This document shows positions 27,381 through 41,222 of a stretch of DNA of 64,000 bases, piece by piece. A program made the position numbers and the translations under genes. The notes under the pieces were generated by a model. It was not told where the DNA came from. It saw only the letters and a program-made list of their open reading frames with translations, and made no database searches. This DNA comes from Eledone cirrhosa (Eukaryota), in assembly GCA_964016885.1 (NCBI GenBank), contig OZ024746.1:12586001-12650000 (forward strand), given 5' to 3'. The number at the start of each line of letters is the position of its first letter. Within the stretch, counting starts at the first letter, position 1.

Positions 27381-28437
27381 GGTTTCACTAGATGACAAGG
27401 AAATTCTCACTCACCCTATTTAATATTCACTGTATCACATTGCTCACATAACTGAGCACAGCTTCTGACCTGTTTGATCCCCACTTACCTCTGACACACA
27501 CTCTTCAGTATTCTTAGCACAATGCTGTCTACATAATGAGGGATGTATTTATTCCTGTTTTTCCAATCCCTCCCCTTACTTTATCCCCAATCTTATCGTG
27601 TATAGACAAACAGACAGACAGATAGATAGATGCTCATGTACAAAATATTCACCCCTGTTCAATATTTTCAATGGATAGATAGTTGGATTGTTAGTTATGT
27701 ACAAAATGTTCACCTCTCTTCTATTTTTTTATTTTCTACATTTATTGTACTGTTTTATTTATTGTATAGATCATTTCTTGTCTTGGTGAGAACTATTTTA
27801 CATATTACAACAAATATCTTGCTATAAATGTATTAATAAAAAGAATAGTTGGTATAAATAAACATTTAAAAATTTATTTATATAATAAAATAAAACAACA
27901 ATTTCCAAGAGACTCATTGGAATTAGGTTGAGAGCTGGAGTGAAGGAGAAATGCTTAAACAGTAACAATAGAAATTAAAATAACAACAACAAATATATAT
28001 ATGGAATGGTATATATTTGGAAAGTTTAGAAGTTATTCAAACCAAAAATTAGAATATATTTATGTGTATGTGCAAGTGTGTATGGCTTGGTAATTTGGCA
28101 ATCAGATGTTAAAACACACACAAAAAAAAAAAAATAGAAATAGAATACATGCAAAGTATTCAGAACCCAGAATGAAACAAAATAAGGTATATTATACACA
28201 TATTTATATACTGTATATGCTCAAATATAATTGAACCCTACCAAGGTGACCTCCATTTTTTTCTTTTGGGATCAACTTGAATACATAAAACTTTGTTATA
28301 TTCAAAAGTATATAGCTACACAAAGGCTATTCAAAATCACGTATATTACCATTATAAAATATAATTTATGGCAACTATTTCTCCCCAAAATGCCCTTTCC
28401 TTATATACAAACATATGAACCGTGTTTATGTATGTAT

Positions 28438-28489
<52 letters not shown>

Positions 28490-29712
28490 ATATTCATTTT
28501 TCAATTTTGGCAGAATGGTTTAGAATATTTTTTTTTAATTACAAAAATTACAAAATATAAAAAAAATGCCATGAATTCAGCCTTATATGTTTAGAAATGG
28601 TGAAAAGCATTTGGCAACTGTTTCTAAATAGAATCCAAACTTTATCTAAAAAGAGCTCCCATTGCAGTTCAAGTGAATCAGGGAGCTGCTACACTGTCAC
28701 TCCAACTGCTAGAAATTAACAGCCAAATCTTTCTCAAATCCCTCCATACCTTCTTTTTTTTGGGGGGGGGGGGGGGGGGGACACATTGGAATAGTGCTGT
28801 CCTAGATACACTATGTTGAAATAAAGATGAATAGTCACAGTTGGAACATCACTGACCTGGTGCTTAACAACAACAACAACAACATCAACAAGAACAAGAT
28901 GAGTTCCTTGTTGGAAATTCTTTTTCAAAGCTAAAGTTGTTTAGAAAGATTTCAGACCATTGTTATAGAGAAAATAATGTTGAATCATTTTTATATAATG
29001 TCTGACCACTCTTTACCAAATATTAATCAACATAAATTATGATGAGTTTGTACAACCTCCTAGCATTAAGAAATATTAAAACAAGAATTCACAAAACCTC
29101 TTAATATTAAATAGCCATAAATTAAAGTATATTTACTTATCAGTAACAATCAAAGATAATGAAGATTAAGTGAAGACAATTTTGTCATAGTTATCTGATT
29201 TTTGTCACCATGTCAGAATTGTTCACATCTTCAAATTAATCCCACATTTCAGCAGTTTCATACACAACTTCTGATTGTTTTCAATAGATACAAAGTATAT
29301 GAATCATTTACAAATATATTGCTTCTGTCAATATTTGTTGCTCTGTGTGTAAATAAATTACATATAATATAATCTTGATTCATTTATTTCAAACCTTTTT
29401 TTCACTTTGTGTATGTACAATATATGCATGCTGTGTCTATGTGTGTATGTATATATATAAGAATGTACATTGAAAAGTTCTATCCATCCATTCATATACA
29501 TATTGTATATGTCTGTACACAATAATCCTTTCTGACAGTTCTATAAAGCTGGAGCTTATCTTTCCATACCATTAAGCACATGAGAAATATAGCTACCTAT
29601 GAACATCAAAAACAGCATTCATAATAATTGATTTTATTGTACTGAATGTCTCATACTGAAGCATGATAGCCACCTGGTGGATATTTGTTGCACTAATTGC
29701 AACACAGGGACA

Positions 29713-30051
29713 GATAACAGTTTAAGCTGAGAACTGCCTCTGTTGTGATAACAGTTTATTTTGTACATTGATTCTGTTATGATAACAGTTTCAGTTGTAC
29801 ACTGCTTCTGTTATGATAACAGTTTATGTTGTACATTGCTTCTGTTATGATAACAGTTTATGTTGTACATTGCTTTTGTTGTGATAACAGTTTATATTGT
29901 ACACTGCTTCTGTTATGATAAGTTTATGTTGTACACTGCTTCTGTTGTGATAACAGTTTCAGTTATACACTGCTTCTGTTGTGATAACAGTTTATAGTGT
30001 ACACTGCTTCTGTTGTGATAACAGTTTGATTTGAATGCTGCTTCTATCATG
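29713..30051. repeat. 34-bp minisatellite, about 10 diverged copies (GTACACTGCTTCTGTTRTGATAACAGTTTATGTT)
   Basis: GATAACAG recurs every 34 bp; each unit has an internal CTGTT..AACAG hairpin. Confidence 0.9.
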
Positions 30052-30120
30052 TTCAAATCCTATAAAAAAGACTTAAACCAAGCATTGCATATTAAGAATA
30101 ACAAATCATTTATGAATTAA

Positions 30121-30310
30121 ATAATTGTTTCTACTTTTGGCACAAGGCCAACAATTACCCAGTGTATTACTGGTACTTTATTTTATCGATCCTGTAAGGA
30201 TGAAAGACAAAGTTAACCTCAACGGGATTTGAACTCAGACCATAAAGGGACATAACTATGCTAGAAAGCATGGCGTCCAACCCTCTACCGATACTGCCAA
30301 TTCATCACCA
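30121..30310 (-). mobile_element. Family A SINE
   Basis: Reverse complement of the family consensus. Confidence 0.85.
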
Positions 30311-31134
30311 AATTAAATAATGTTCATGCTCTTTATAGAAAATAGGATTACCTACTCCATGGTAGCTACAGACAACCAGGTGTAGTCAGTGCAGTACTAG
30401 TGACTTGATATGAACCATTGGCTGTTTAAACAATTTAACATACTACTGACTCAGCTGCCATTCTAATGCTCTATCTATATGGATAACAATTGATTATACA
30501 ACAAAACAAGCTAAAGAAGGGGTCTATATGTAATTGCTTGCCTTGCTAGAAATAGCAGCTAAACCTCTCTCCATCACACCATACTATCCTAAAAAAGGAA
30601 AGAGATCTGTGTATACCTGAAACAAAGATGAGGTGATCACTGTTTGAACATCTTTGATGAAAGGCTTACTCAATCAGGATTGACCAACATCCATACTAGA
30701 TTTCTACAAGAAATACTATCACAATAAACTCAACTTGAAAATTGGCAACAATAAAAAGGACATATTTGACAATTAAATAAAATAAAGTTGATGATGTTGT
30801 AGTTGTTATTGCTAATGATGATGGTTGTGATAATAATAATACAGTTACTTTAATTGTTGTTGTTGTTGTTGTTGATAATGTTTGAGCTGCTGCTGCTGAT
30901 CTTACTTGAATCATTATAGATGATGATGATGATGATGTTCATGGTTAATGTCCTAGTGATAGTGAAGCTGTAACTGACTGTTATTGCTGTTGTTGTTCTT
31001 GTTTAACCTCAGCAAGATCTATCATCAAACACTTCCAACTATATTCTACAATGTGTTAAAGACATTAGCATGTTGTGATTTGACAGAGATTTGGCTGCTA
31101 TTCCTAGTGATGTTGTCGGTGATTATGGTGGGGT

Positions 31135-31630
31135 TTCAATTGTTGCTGATGTTGTTGTTGTTGTTGTTGTTGTTGCTAATGACGGGCGGCATTGTAGTTG
31201 TTGCTAGTGATGGCTATCACTGTAGTTGTTGTTGTTGTTGCTAATGATGGTTGTCATTGTAGTTGTTGTTGTTGTTGCTAATGGAGGTGATAGTTGTAGT
31301 TGTTGTTGTTGTTGCTAGTGATGGTTGTCATTGTAGTTGTTGTTGTTGTTGCTAATGATGGTTGTCATTGCTAATGGTGGTTGTCATTGTAGTTGTTGTT
31401 GTTGCTAATGGTGGTTGTCATTGTAGTTGTTGTTGCTAATGATGGTTGTCATTGTAGTTGTTGTTGCTAATGGAGGTGATAGTTGTAGTTGTTGTTGCTA
31501 ATGGAGGTGATAGTTGTAGTTGTTGTTGCTAATGGAGGTGATAGTTGTAGTTGTTGTTGCTAATGGAGGTGATAGTTGTAGTTGTTGTTGCTAATGGAGG
31601 TGATAGTTGTAGTTGTTGTTGCTAGCGATG
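31135..31630. repeat. (GTT)n-based compound repeat with ~27-33-bp units (GTTGTTGCTAATGGAGGTGATAGTTGTA)
   Basis: Direct inspection. Confidence 0.85.
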
Positions 31631-31904
31631 GTGATGCTTCTGAGAATGTTACCACAGTTAGAGTAGCCAATACTGATGATAACACTGGAGCTGTTGGTGA
31701 TGTTGTAAATGTTGTTGCTGATGTTAGTTCTGTAGAAAAAGCATACCATATATAGGTAGTTGCCAATTTTGGATATCAACCTGTGTCTCTAATGTATTAC
31801 ATCTCTAGCCAACCCACTTCATTGACTTGTTTAGAATAAAAATCACAGCCCCAAGCCACATGCACCCATTCACATTTAGATATAAACATTTTCAGCAATT
31901 GCAC

Positions 31905-31965
<61 letters not shown>

Positions 31966-33073
31966 GCACACATGCACTCACAAATCACATACATATTCAT
32001 TTAGCTACATAGATATATACATGTTCTATATTTTGAAATTTGGGGAAGTATATATATACATATATATTCATAAAAAAAACATTTTTAACATTATATAACA
32101 CATTATATATTCTTATATTCTGTTACTGGTTTCAATCATTGGACTGCAGCAATACTGGGGAACTGTCTTCAATGGTTATTAGTTGATCATATCAACACCA
32201 CTAAGGCAGTGATTTGACAGGCTCATTAAGGTGTCAAATTGAAAATACCTTATTATTTGTTCCAGCTCACTCTGCTCTGAGTTCAAATCATGCAAAGGTC
32301 AACTTTACATTTCATCCTTTCCAGGTCAATAAATAAAGTACCAGTCATGTACTGAGGTTGATTCTTCTTCCTCTATCTCTCTTTGTCACTTTTTCCTTCT
32401 CTTTCTATCTTTCTCTGGAAGAAATCGACTGTGTTCTGACCTGGAGAGAGATGGACTCCACCAAGTTTAAAAATTCCCCCAGGCGCACACAACTTCAGAA
32501 TGGTATCCCCATGACTCTTTACTACATCAACCCCAGTTTTGATTTCTGGTTAGTACTTACTTCATCAGTGATTATTTATGAAAATGTAGATGCAGACATG
32601 GCTGTGTGGTTAAGAAGTTTGCTTCACAACTGCATAGCATTGGGTTCCATTCTACAGTGTGACACATCGGTAAGAAACTACAACTATATTCTTAGGAGGT
32701 TGACCAATGCTTTATGAGTGAATTTAGTAGCTGAAAACTGTATGAAACCCATTGTATATGTATATATACATGTGTGTGTGTGAACAGCATAGCAGTTGAA
32801 TGAGCACTATTAGCTCATACCATACTTAAGGGGAGTCAGACTTGGGCCATGACAAAAAGCACCCTGTCCACCATGTAAAGTGGGAACGTGGTGGTGACAC
32901 AAGAAAAAGCTCCCAGTACACGCTGTAATGTGATTGACATTAGGAAGGGCATCCAACTGTAAAAAACCATACCACAAAACAGATCTGAATGAGCAAGGAC
33001 CTGGCTAACCTCATAACATGACAACTCATCTAACCCATGTCAGCATGGAAAATGGACATTAAATGGTGATGAT

Positions 33074-33134
<61 letters not shown>

Positions 33135-34062
33135 GTGTGTGTGTGTTTCATCAACCAAATTCCATTTACAAAGTTTTGGTCAATCCAAGTCTACAGGAAA
33201 AATACTTGTCCATGATACAGTACTGTCCAGTGGGATCAAACCTGGAACCACATGACTTCTTAACCACACACCAATATTCATGTAAATGTATTATATATAT
33301 GATTGTGAAGTGAGCTTCTTAACCAGTCAACCATGCTGCATCCAATATACGCACACACACACACACACGCACACATATATATATATATATGTATACAAAT
33401 ATATCATCATTATGATCATCACTGTTGAATATCTATATCCCATGCTTAAATGGGTTAGACAGGTTGTCATGTTATGAGGTTAGACAGGTCAGGTGACCAT
33501 ATTTTGCTCATTTTGACTCCATTTTTGGCTTGGTTTTCTATGGCTGGATGCCCTTCCTAATGCCAACCACTTAACAGCGTGGACTAAGTGCTCTTTGTCA
33601 TGACACCAATGCAACCAATATATATATATATACACACACATATATATATATATACACACACACACACATATATATAAGGTTTTGTGGAGGGAAGCTGTCA
33701 ATATATATATATATACATATATATATATATTAATATATCTTTTCTTTTTAATTTATAACAAAACTGATAAGAATAGAAACAATATCAACTCTGAAGTCTC
33801 AACAAGTTTGGGTTTTTTTTTTTTTAAAACAAAATGGAAACCAGAAAAAAAAAAATTAAAATAAGCGAAATTTTCACCCAACATAGATGGAATCCAACAA
33901 GGAAGCTACCAGCCACATAACAAACATGGAAACCAAAAGGAGAGAGAAAACAGTCTTTCCAGTCCTTTTTCTTTTCTGTTTTCTTTTTAAATGTGTAACA
34001 TTCTTCATTTCATCCAGTGTTCATTTGTGTAAAAACAAACAAACAATAAAATAAAATAAGTC

Positions 34063-34197
34063 TTATTTATCTGATGATATAGCATTTTCTAACATTTTCT
34101 CAATGTCAGATTCTTTCAAACCCAATATCTCAGGAAGTATGCTGCTTTTACATCCATCTTGAGGTTCTTCAAATGACATTTCCTCAGGCAGCTCATC
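34063..34197 (-). CDS. RREB1: RREB1/hindsight terminal coding exon (DELPEEMSFEEPQDGCKSSILPEILGLKESDIEKMLENAISSDK*)
   Basis: cttcag| acceptor, phase 0, TAA at 34065-34063; the ILGL..S.IEKML segment resembles the RREB1-family C-terminal motif. Not in the ORF track. Confidence 0.8.
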   Translation of the reverse strand, partial: DELPEEMSFEEPQDGCKSSILPEILGLKESDIEKMLENAISSDK

Positions 34198-34246
34198 CTG
34201 AAGAGAACAAACACAAAAACAGATATTTCATTATCTTTATCAACAA

Positions 34247-34460
34247 GGGTGGTGGATTGGTAATATCGGTAGAACGTCGAACAATATGCTTTATGGCATA
34301 GAGTTACGGCCCTTTACAATCTGAGTTTAAATCCTGCTGAGGATAACTTTGCCTTTCATTCTTACGGGGTCGATAAAATAAAGTACCAGTAATACACTGG
34401 GGTCAATTTAATCAACTTTCCCCTTTCCCAAAATTGTTGACCTTGTGCCTAAATCAGAAA
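34247..34460 (+). mobile_element. Family A SINE (long-tail variant)
   Basis: Matches the family consensus. Confidence 0.8.
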
Positions 34461-34879
34461 GCAAGGTAATGGTTGGTGATAAGAAGGGCATCCAACAATA
34501 GAAAGCTTGCCAAATGAAGGGAGGACCCTTCAGTTTTGGTCAAAAGACACAACTTTGCCTGTGCACGCAATAAAACATATGGCCATATGTAAGCGAGATG
34601 CAGACCCCTCAGCCTGTCTGTGAAGTCAGTAGCCACTGCTTCAGTACTGACTTGATCTATGTAGACACATCCAACCCTTGCTAGCAGAGAAAGCAGATGT
34701 TAAATGATGATGATGATGATGATAATGTAATGGGTAATTATACTGTAGCTACACATGTGGACCTTTATTCAGTGTCTTTTAAATTTACAAAGACAAACTT
34801 CAACTCAGCTTCAACTTACCTATCATATGAAATTCTGTTACAAATATTGTTCACTGATTTGAGTTTTTGTTTGTTTGTT

Positions 34880-37800
34880 TTTTATCACTGATATCAAGAG
34901 GGAGATCAGTGCCTATCACTATTTTATCACTGAGATCAAGAGGGAGATCAGTGCCTATCACTATTTTATCACTGAGATCAAGAGAGAGATCAGTGCCTAT
35001 CACTATTTTATCACTGAGATCAAGAGGAAGATCAGTGCCTATCACTATTTTATCACTGAGATCAAGAGAGAGATCAGTGCCTATCACTATTTTATCACTG
35101 AGATCAAGAGGGAGATCAGTGCCTATCACTATTTTATCACTGAGATCAAGAGAGAGATCAGTGCCTATCACTATTTTATCACTGAGATCAAGAGGAAGAT
35201 CAGTGCCTATCACTATTTTATCACTGAGATCATGAGTAAGATCAGTGCCTATCACTATTTTATCACTGAGATCAAGAGGGAGATCAGTGCCTATCACTAT
35301 TTTATTACTGAGATCAAGAGGGAGATCAGTGCCTATCACTATTTTATCACTGAGATCAAGAGGGAGATCAGTGCCTATCACTATTTTATCACTGAGATCA
35401 AGAGGGAGATCAGTGCCTATCACTATTTTATCACTGAGATCAAGAGGGAGATCAGTGCCTATCACTATTTTATCACTGAGATCAAGAGGGAGATCAGTGC
35501 CTATCACTATTTTATCACTGAGATCAAGAGAGAGATCAGTGCCTATCACTATTTTATCACTGAGATCAAGAGGAAGATCAGTGCCTATCACTATTTTATC
35601 ACTGAGATCAAGAGGGAGATCAGTGCCTATCACTATTTTATCACTGAGATCAAGAGGGAGATCAGTGCCTATCACTATTTTATCACTGAGATCAAGAGAG
35701 AGATCAGTGCCTATCACTATTTTATCACTGAGATCAAGAGGAAGATCAGTGCCTATCACTATTTTATCACTGAGATCAAGAGAGATCAGTGCCTATCACT
35801 ATTTTATCACTGAGATCAAGAGTAAGATCAGTGCCTATCACTATTTTATCACTGAGATCAAGAGGGAGATCAGTGCCTATCACTATTTTATCACTGATAT
35901 CAAGAGGGAGATCAGTGCCTATCACTATTTTATCACTGAGATCAAGAGAGAGATCAGTGCCTATCACTATTTTATCACTGAGATCAAGAGGAAGATCAGT
36001 GCCTATCACTATTTTATCACTGAGATCATGAGTAAGATCAGTGCCTATCACTATTTTATCACTGAGATCAAGAGGGAGATCAGTGCCTATCACTATTTTA
36101 TCACTGAGATCAAGAGAGAGATCAGTGCCTATCACTATTTTATCACTGAGATCAAGAGAGAGATCAGTGCCTATCACTATTTTATCACTGAGATCAAGAG
36201 AGAGATACGTGCCTATCACTATTTTATCACTGAGATCAAGAGGAAGATCAGTGCCTATCACTATTTTATCACTGAGATCAAGAGAGATCAGTGCCTATCA
36301 CTATTTTATCACTGAGATCAAGAGGAAGATCAGTGCCTATCACTATTTTATCACTGAGATCAAGAGAGAGATCAGTGCCTATCACTATTTTATCACTGAG
36401 ATCAAGAGAGAGATCAGTGCCTATCACTATTTTATCACTGAGATCAAGAGGGAGATCAGTGCCTATCACTATTTTATCACTGAGATCAAGAGAGAGATCA
36501 GTGCCTATCACTATTTTATCACTGAGATCAAGAGGAAGATCAGTGCCTATCACTATTTTATCACTGAGATCAAGAGAGATCAGTGCCTATCACTATTTTA
36601 TCACTGAGATCAAGAGTAAGATCAGTGCCTATCACTATTTTATCACTGAGATCAAGAGGGAGATCAGTGCCTATCACTATTTTATCACTGATATCAAGAG
36701 GGAGATCAGTGCCTATCACTATTTTATCACTGAGATCAAGAGAGAGATCAGTGCCTATCACTATTTTATCACTGAGATCAAGAGGAAGATCAGTGCCTAT
36801 CACTATTTTATCACTGAGATCATGAGTAAGATCAGTGCCTATCACTATTTTATCACTGAGATCAAGAGGGAGATCAGTGCCTATCACTATTTTATCACTG
36901 AGATCAAGAGAGAGATCAGTGCCTATCACTATTTTATCACTGAGATCAAGAGAGAGATCAGTGCCTATCACTATTTTATCACTGAGATCAAGAGAGAGAT
37001 ACGTGCCTATCACTATTTTATCACTGAGATCAAGAGGAAGATCAGTGCCTATCACTATTTTATCACTGAGATCAAGAGAGATCAGTGCCTATCACTATTT
37101 TATCACTGAGATCAAGAGGAAGATCAGTGCCTATCACTATTTTATCACTGAGATCAAGAGAGAGATCAGTGCCTATCACTATTTTATCACTGAGATCAAG
37201 AGAGAGATCAGTGCCTATCACTATTTTATCACTGAGATCAAGAGGAAGATCAGTGCCTATCACTATTTTATCACTGAGATCAAGAGAGAGATCAGTGCCT
37301 ATCACTATTTTATCACTGAGATCAAGAGAGAGATCAGTGCCTATCACTATTTTATCAATGAGATCAAGAGGAAGATCAGTGCCTATCACTATTTTATCAC
37401 TGAGATCAAGAGAGAGATCAGTGCCTATCACTATTTTATCACTGAGATCAAGAGAGAGATCAGTGCCTATCACTATTTTATCACTGAGATCAAGAGAGAG
37501 ATCAGTGCCTATCACTATTTTATCACTGAGATCAAGAGGAAGATCAGTGCCTATCACTATTATATCACTGAGATCAAGAGAGAGATCAGTGCCTATCACT
37601 ATTTTATCACTGAGATCATGAGTAAGATCAGTGCCTATCACTATTTTATCACTGAGATCAAGAGAGAGATCAGTGCCTATCACTATTTTATCACTGAGAT
37701 CAAGAGGAAGATCAGTGCCTATCACTATTTTATCACTGAGATCAAGAGAGAGATCAGTGCCTATCACTATTTTATCACTGAGATCAAGAGAGAGATCAGT

Positions 37801-38487
37801 GCCTATCACTATTTTATCACTGAGATCAAGAGGAAGATCAGTGCCTATCACTATTTTATCACTGAGATCAAGAGGAAGATCAGTGCCTATCACTATTTTA
37901 TCACTGAGATCAAGAGAGAGATCAGTGCCTATCACTATTTTATCACTGAGATTGAGAGAGAGATCAGTGCCTATCACTATTTTATCACTGAGATCAAGAG
38001 GAAGATCAGTGCCTATCACTATTATATCACTGAGATCAAGAGAGAGATCAGTGCCTATCACTATTTTATCACTGAGATCAAGAGAGAGATCAGTGCCTAT
38101 CACTATTTTATCACTGAGATCAAGAGGAAGATCAGTGCCTATCACTATTTTATCACTGAGATCAAGAGGAAGATCAGTGCCTATCACTATTTTATCACTG
38201 AGATCAAGAGGAAGATCAGTGCCTATCACTATTTTATCACTGAGATCAAGAGGAAGATCAGTGCCTATCACTATTTTATCACTGAGATCAAGAGGAAGAT
38301 CAGTGCCTATCACTATTTTATCACTGAGATCAAGAGGAAGATCAGTGCCTATCACTATTTTATCACTGAGATCAAGAGGAAGATCAGTGCCTATCACTAT
38401 TTTATCACTGAGATCAAGAGGAAGATCAGTGCCTATCACTATTTTATCACTGAGATCAAGAGAGAGATCAGTGCCTATCACTATTTT
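34880..38487. repeat. 42-bp minisatellite, about 86 units, in the last RREB1 intron (GATCAGTGCCTATCACTATTTTATCACTGAGATCAAGAGRRA)
   Basis: Direct inspection; four 40-bp deletion variants; 794-bp higher-order duplication. Confidence 0.97.
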
Positions 38488-39326
38488 CAGAGTTCCCAAG
38501 AAGTGAGGGAGGAAGATATCCTCAAACCAAAGACTTGACCTTAATTTGCATCAAAGTGAATTCTATTAAAAGCCCCAAGATCCAGACAGTGACATTAACC
38601 CCACCCCTATCTCTATATCCACCATCAATTTCAGATATCAGAATCTCAAATTACAGTAAATTCATGAAATGTTAGATAAATGTTAATGAAAGGAAATATA
38701 CTAACAAAACAATTTTAAAAACTGGGTTTAGTTTATAAATTTAATTTTTGTTTTCTTTCATTTTTCTTTATTCATCTATTTAATTATTTTGTAGGGTGAG
38801 AGAATGTGTCTTTCAGCAATAGTATCTCATGAAAATAATTTGATAAGTATTGTATTTTTAAACTTATTTCCTGTGCTGTAAAAAACAAAAAACATTTGCT
38901 TAACTAAAAATATCCACTAAGAGGCATTAAACAAGGTGAACCAAATAAATCTCAACCTGCAGATATTCTTACAGTTTAAACATTTAACATGACAGAGATA
39001 AGTTTGGGTCATCTGATGTAAACTGGGTTGCATGATTGAGATTTCACATTGATGTTAGTTTTTGTTTTCTGTTTAAACTGACAAAAAATAATAAGAAGGC
39101 TGAGGTATCAGATGGTTTCTTTTTTTCTATTTGCTAACTGTTGATTGTTTTGTTTTTTGTTTTATTTAAAAAAAATTTTCTTTGTAAAATTAGTTAACTA
39201 CAGTGATAGATCTCAGAAATAGAATTTATAACAAAATAAAACCCAGAAAACAAAAAATGCAAATGATTGAAGTGTTTTTAAAACCCAGTGCTTTATTTGA
39301 TTTCATAGCATTTATATATATATATA

Positions 39327-39560
39327 CATGCAAGTGGCTAAGCATTCTACATACACGTGTACCCTTAACATAGTTCTCAGGGAGATTCAGCATGACACAG
39401 AATGTGACAAGGCTGGCCTGTAGAATTACAGATACAACTAATTTTTGCTATCTAAGTGGACAGGAGCAACATGAAATAAAGTGTCTTGCTCAAGGATACA
39501 ATGTGCTGCCAGGAATCAAACTCACTACCTTACGATTGTAAGCCAAATACCCTAACCCTA
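39327..39560 (-). mobile_element. Second tRNA-type SINE family (B); related copy at about 56100-56335
   Basis: Minus strand: GAGTTTGATTCCTGG B-box-like motif followed by TCCTTGAGCAAGACACTTTATTTCA; the two copies align by eye. Confidence 0.65.
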
Positions 39561-39648
39561 ACCTGTTTTTAGATATTTTCTGTTAAACCCCTACAGGGTG
39601 ATAAGACTTAAATAAACAGAAAAAATATATAAATTGCTGGTTACTTAC

Positions 39649-39713
39649 TTTTGTTCTGTTGACTTCTGTGTCTGATTTGGAAATTGGGGGGCTTTCTTCA
39701 ATAAGATTATTAA
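39649..39713 (-). CDS. RREB1: RREB1 small exon (INNLIEESPPISKSDTEVNRTK)
   Basis: Long U-rich tract + tag| acceptor, |gtaagt donor; phase 1-0 bridges the neighbouring exons exactly. Confidence 0.78.
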
Positions 39714-40777
39714 CTACAAAAACAAAGAAGAAAAATGAAAAAGAAATAAATCAATGAACAAATAAAATATAAAATAAATTGAAACAGAATTAGTATCCCC
39801 AGAGAAGCTGGGGTAGGTAAGATTTCTCAAGATTGGCCAGTAAATAATTCTGGGAACAATTTGAAAACGGAAATATAATCATTTCTAAGACAGGCACAAA
39901 GCCAGAAATTTTATAGGATTAACTTGACTACATCCACTTCCTTACAGATCAGATCGATAGGGAATTGGAAATATAGTTTCCTGTAATAAGAAAGAAATCG
40001 TATTGATAGGGAATGGCAGAATGTTGGACTAAACACTTTTCAGTCTTGTATGTTTTAAGTTTGAATTTCATCAAGGTCAACTTTGCTTTTGATCCTTCCA
40101 GCTTTTATGAAATAAGTACCAGCCATATACTGCGGATGATTTACATTACAAATTTGGGGTATGTGCCAAAGTAAGAAATCATTATTAATATGAGTAAAGT
40201 AGGACATGGATTGGAGTGACAGAGGTGTCTCAAAGTTCTGAGATCAAATTCAGCTACAGATGACTGTCTTTCATCCTCTATCAATAAAATATTTACCAGT
40301 CATATACTGGGGTCAACTGTGTTTCCTTATATACTTTAAAATGTGTAGCATTATGTAAATGTAATAAATGGTTATCAACATAGGTAAAGGTGGTTCAAAT
40401 AGATTAAATAGAAGAGCACCAGATCAAATGTAGCTTATCTCTATAGATGCTTAGTACAAATTGGATTGCTATATCTATATCCCTACTCACATCCCAGTCA
40501 ACAAATGGCTATTTTCCTAATCAGAAAATCTTTGTTGATTGTTTTTTTTCCTCCATATTGGTTTCAGGTAATATTACTGATTGTTTCTAACATTGGCACA
40601 AGGCCAGCAATTAAGGTAAGTAGATTATATCAATCATGGTACCTGAGTGCTACTTTATTTTACGAACCCCAGATGAATGAAAGGTAAATTTGACCTCAAA
40701 GGGATTTGAACTCAGGACATAAAAATCCAAAAGAAATACTGCTGAGTATTTATCTGAAACTTGTCAATACATTGACC

Positions 40778-40817
<40 letters not shown>

Positions 40818-40825
40818 TATTAATA

Positions 40826-40993
40826 ATGTTTTCTGATTTGGGCACAAGACCAGCAATTTTTTTTTTTTTGGCGTGACTGGTACTTCATTTTATCAATCCT
40901 GTAAGGATGAAAGGCAAAGCTAACCTCGGTGGGATTTGAATTCAGATAGTAATGATGTCCAACGCTCTACCGATTACTGTCAACCCACCACCC
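40826..40993 (-). mobile_element. Family A SINE (degenerate) next to an (AAT)n tract
   Basis: Reverse complement of the consensus body and head. Confidence 0.7.
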
Positions 40994-41057
40994 TATTAAT
41001 AATAATGATAATAATAATAATAAAGGCAAGCAAGTAATGTCAAACAAACACACATAC

Positions 41058-41222
41058 TTTGCAGTAGAGGACCCTCATTATCTTCAAGATCCTCCTCATC
41101 ATCATCATTGTTGAAGGCAAAGCTATCACCTGCTTGTGTCTGATGTATCTTCCTATGTCGCATCATACTGTGCTTCAAAGTAAACCATTGACCACACTGC
41201 TTGCACTCAAAGGGACGTTCAC
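41058..41222 (-). CDS. RREB1: RREB1 exon, last C2H2 finger (GERPFECKQCGQWFTLKHSMMRHRKIH) + acidic tail
   Basis: FTLKHSxxRHxxIH is the RREB1/hnt final finger signature; tag| and |gtatgt sites, phase 1-1. Confidence 0.93.

Noticed and set aside
31135-31779. Thr/Asn-rich coding exon extending RREB1
   Set aside because: It lies beyond the RREB1 stop at 34063, has in-frame stops in the repeat and no clear splice sites; treated as simple repeat, possibly in the 3'UTR.
34880-38487. Synthetic tetO array (CCTATCACT motif, 42-bp period) or CRISPR array
   Set aside because: The tetO palindrome TCCCTATCAGTGATAGAGA is not present, there is no vector sequence and there are no spacers; the variant pattern is that of a natural minisatellite.
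34867-38538. Plus-strand repeat ORFs (ISAYHYFITEIKR; SVPITILSLRSRGR)
   Set aside because: They are antisense to RREB1, lack a credible start context or motif, and arise because the 42-bp unit is a multiple of 3.
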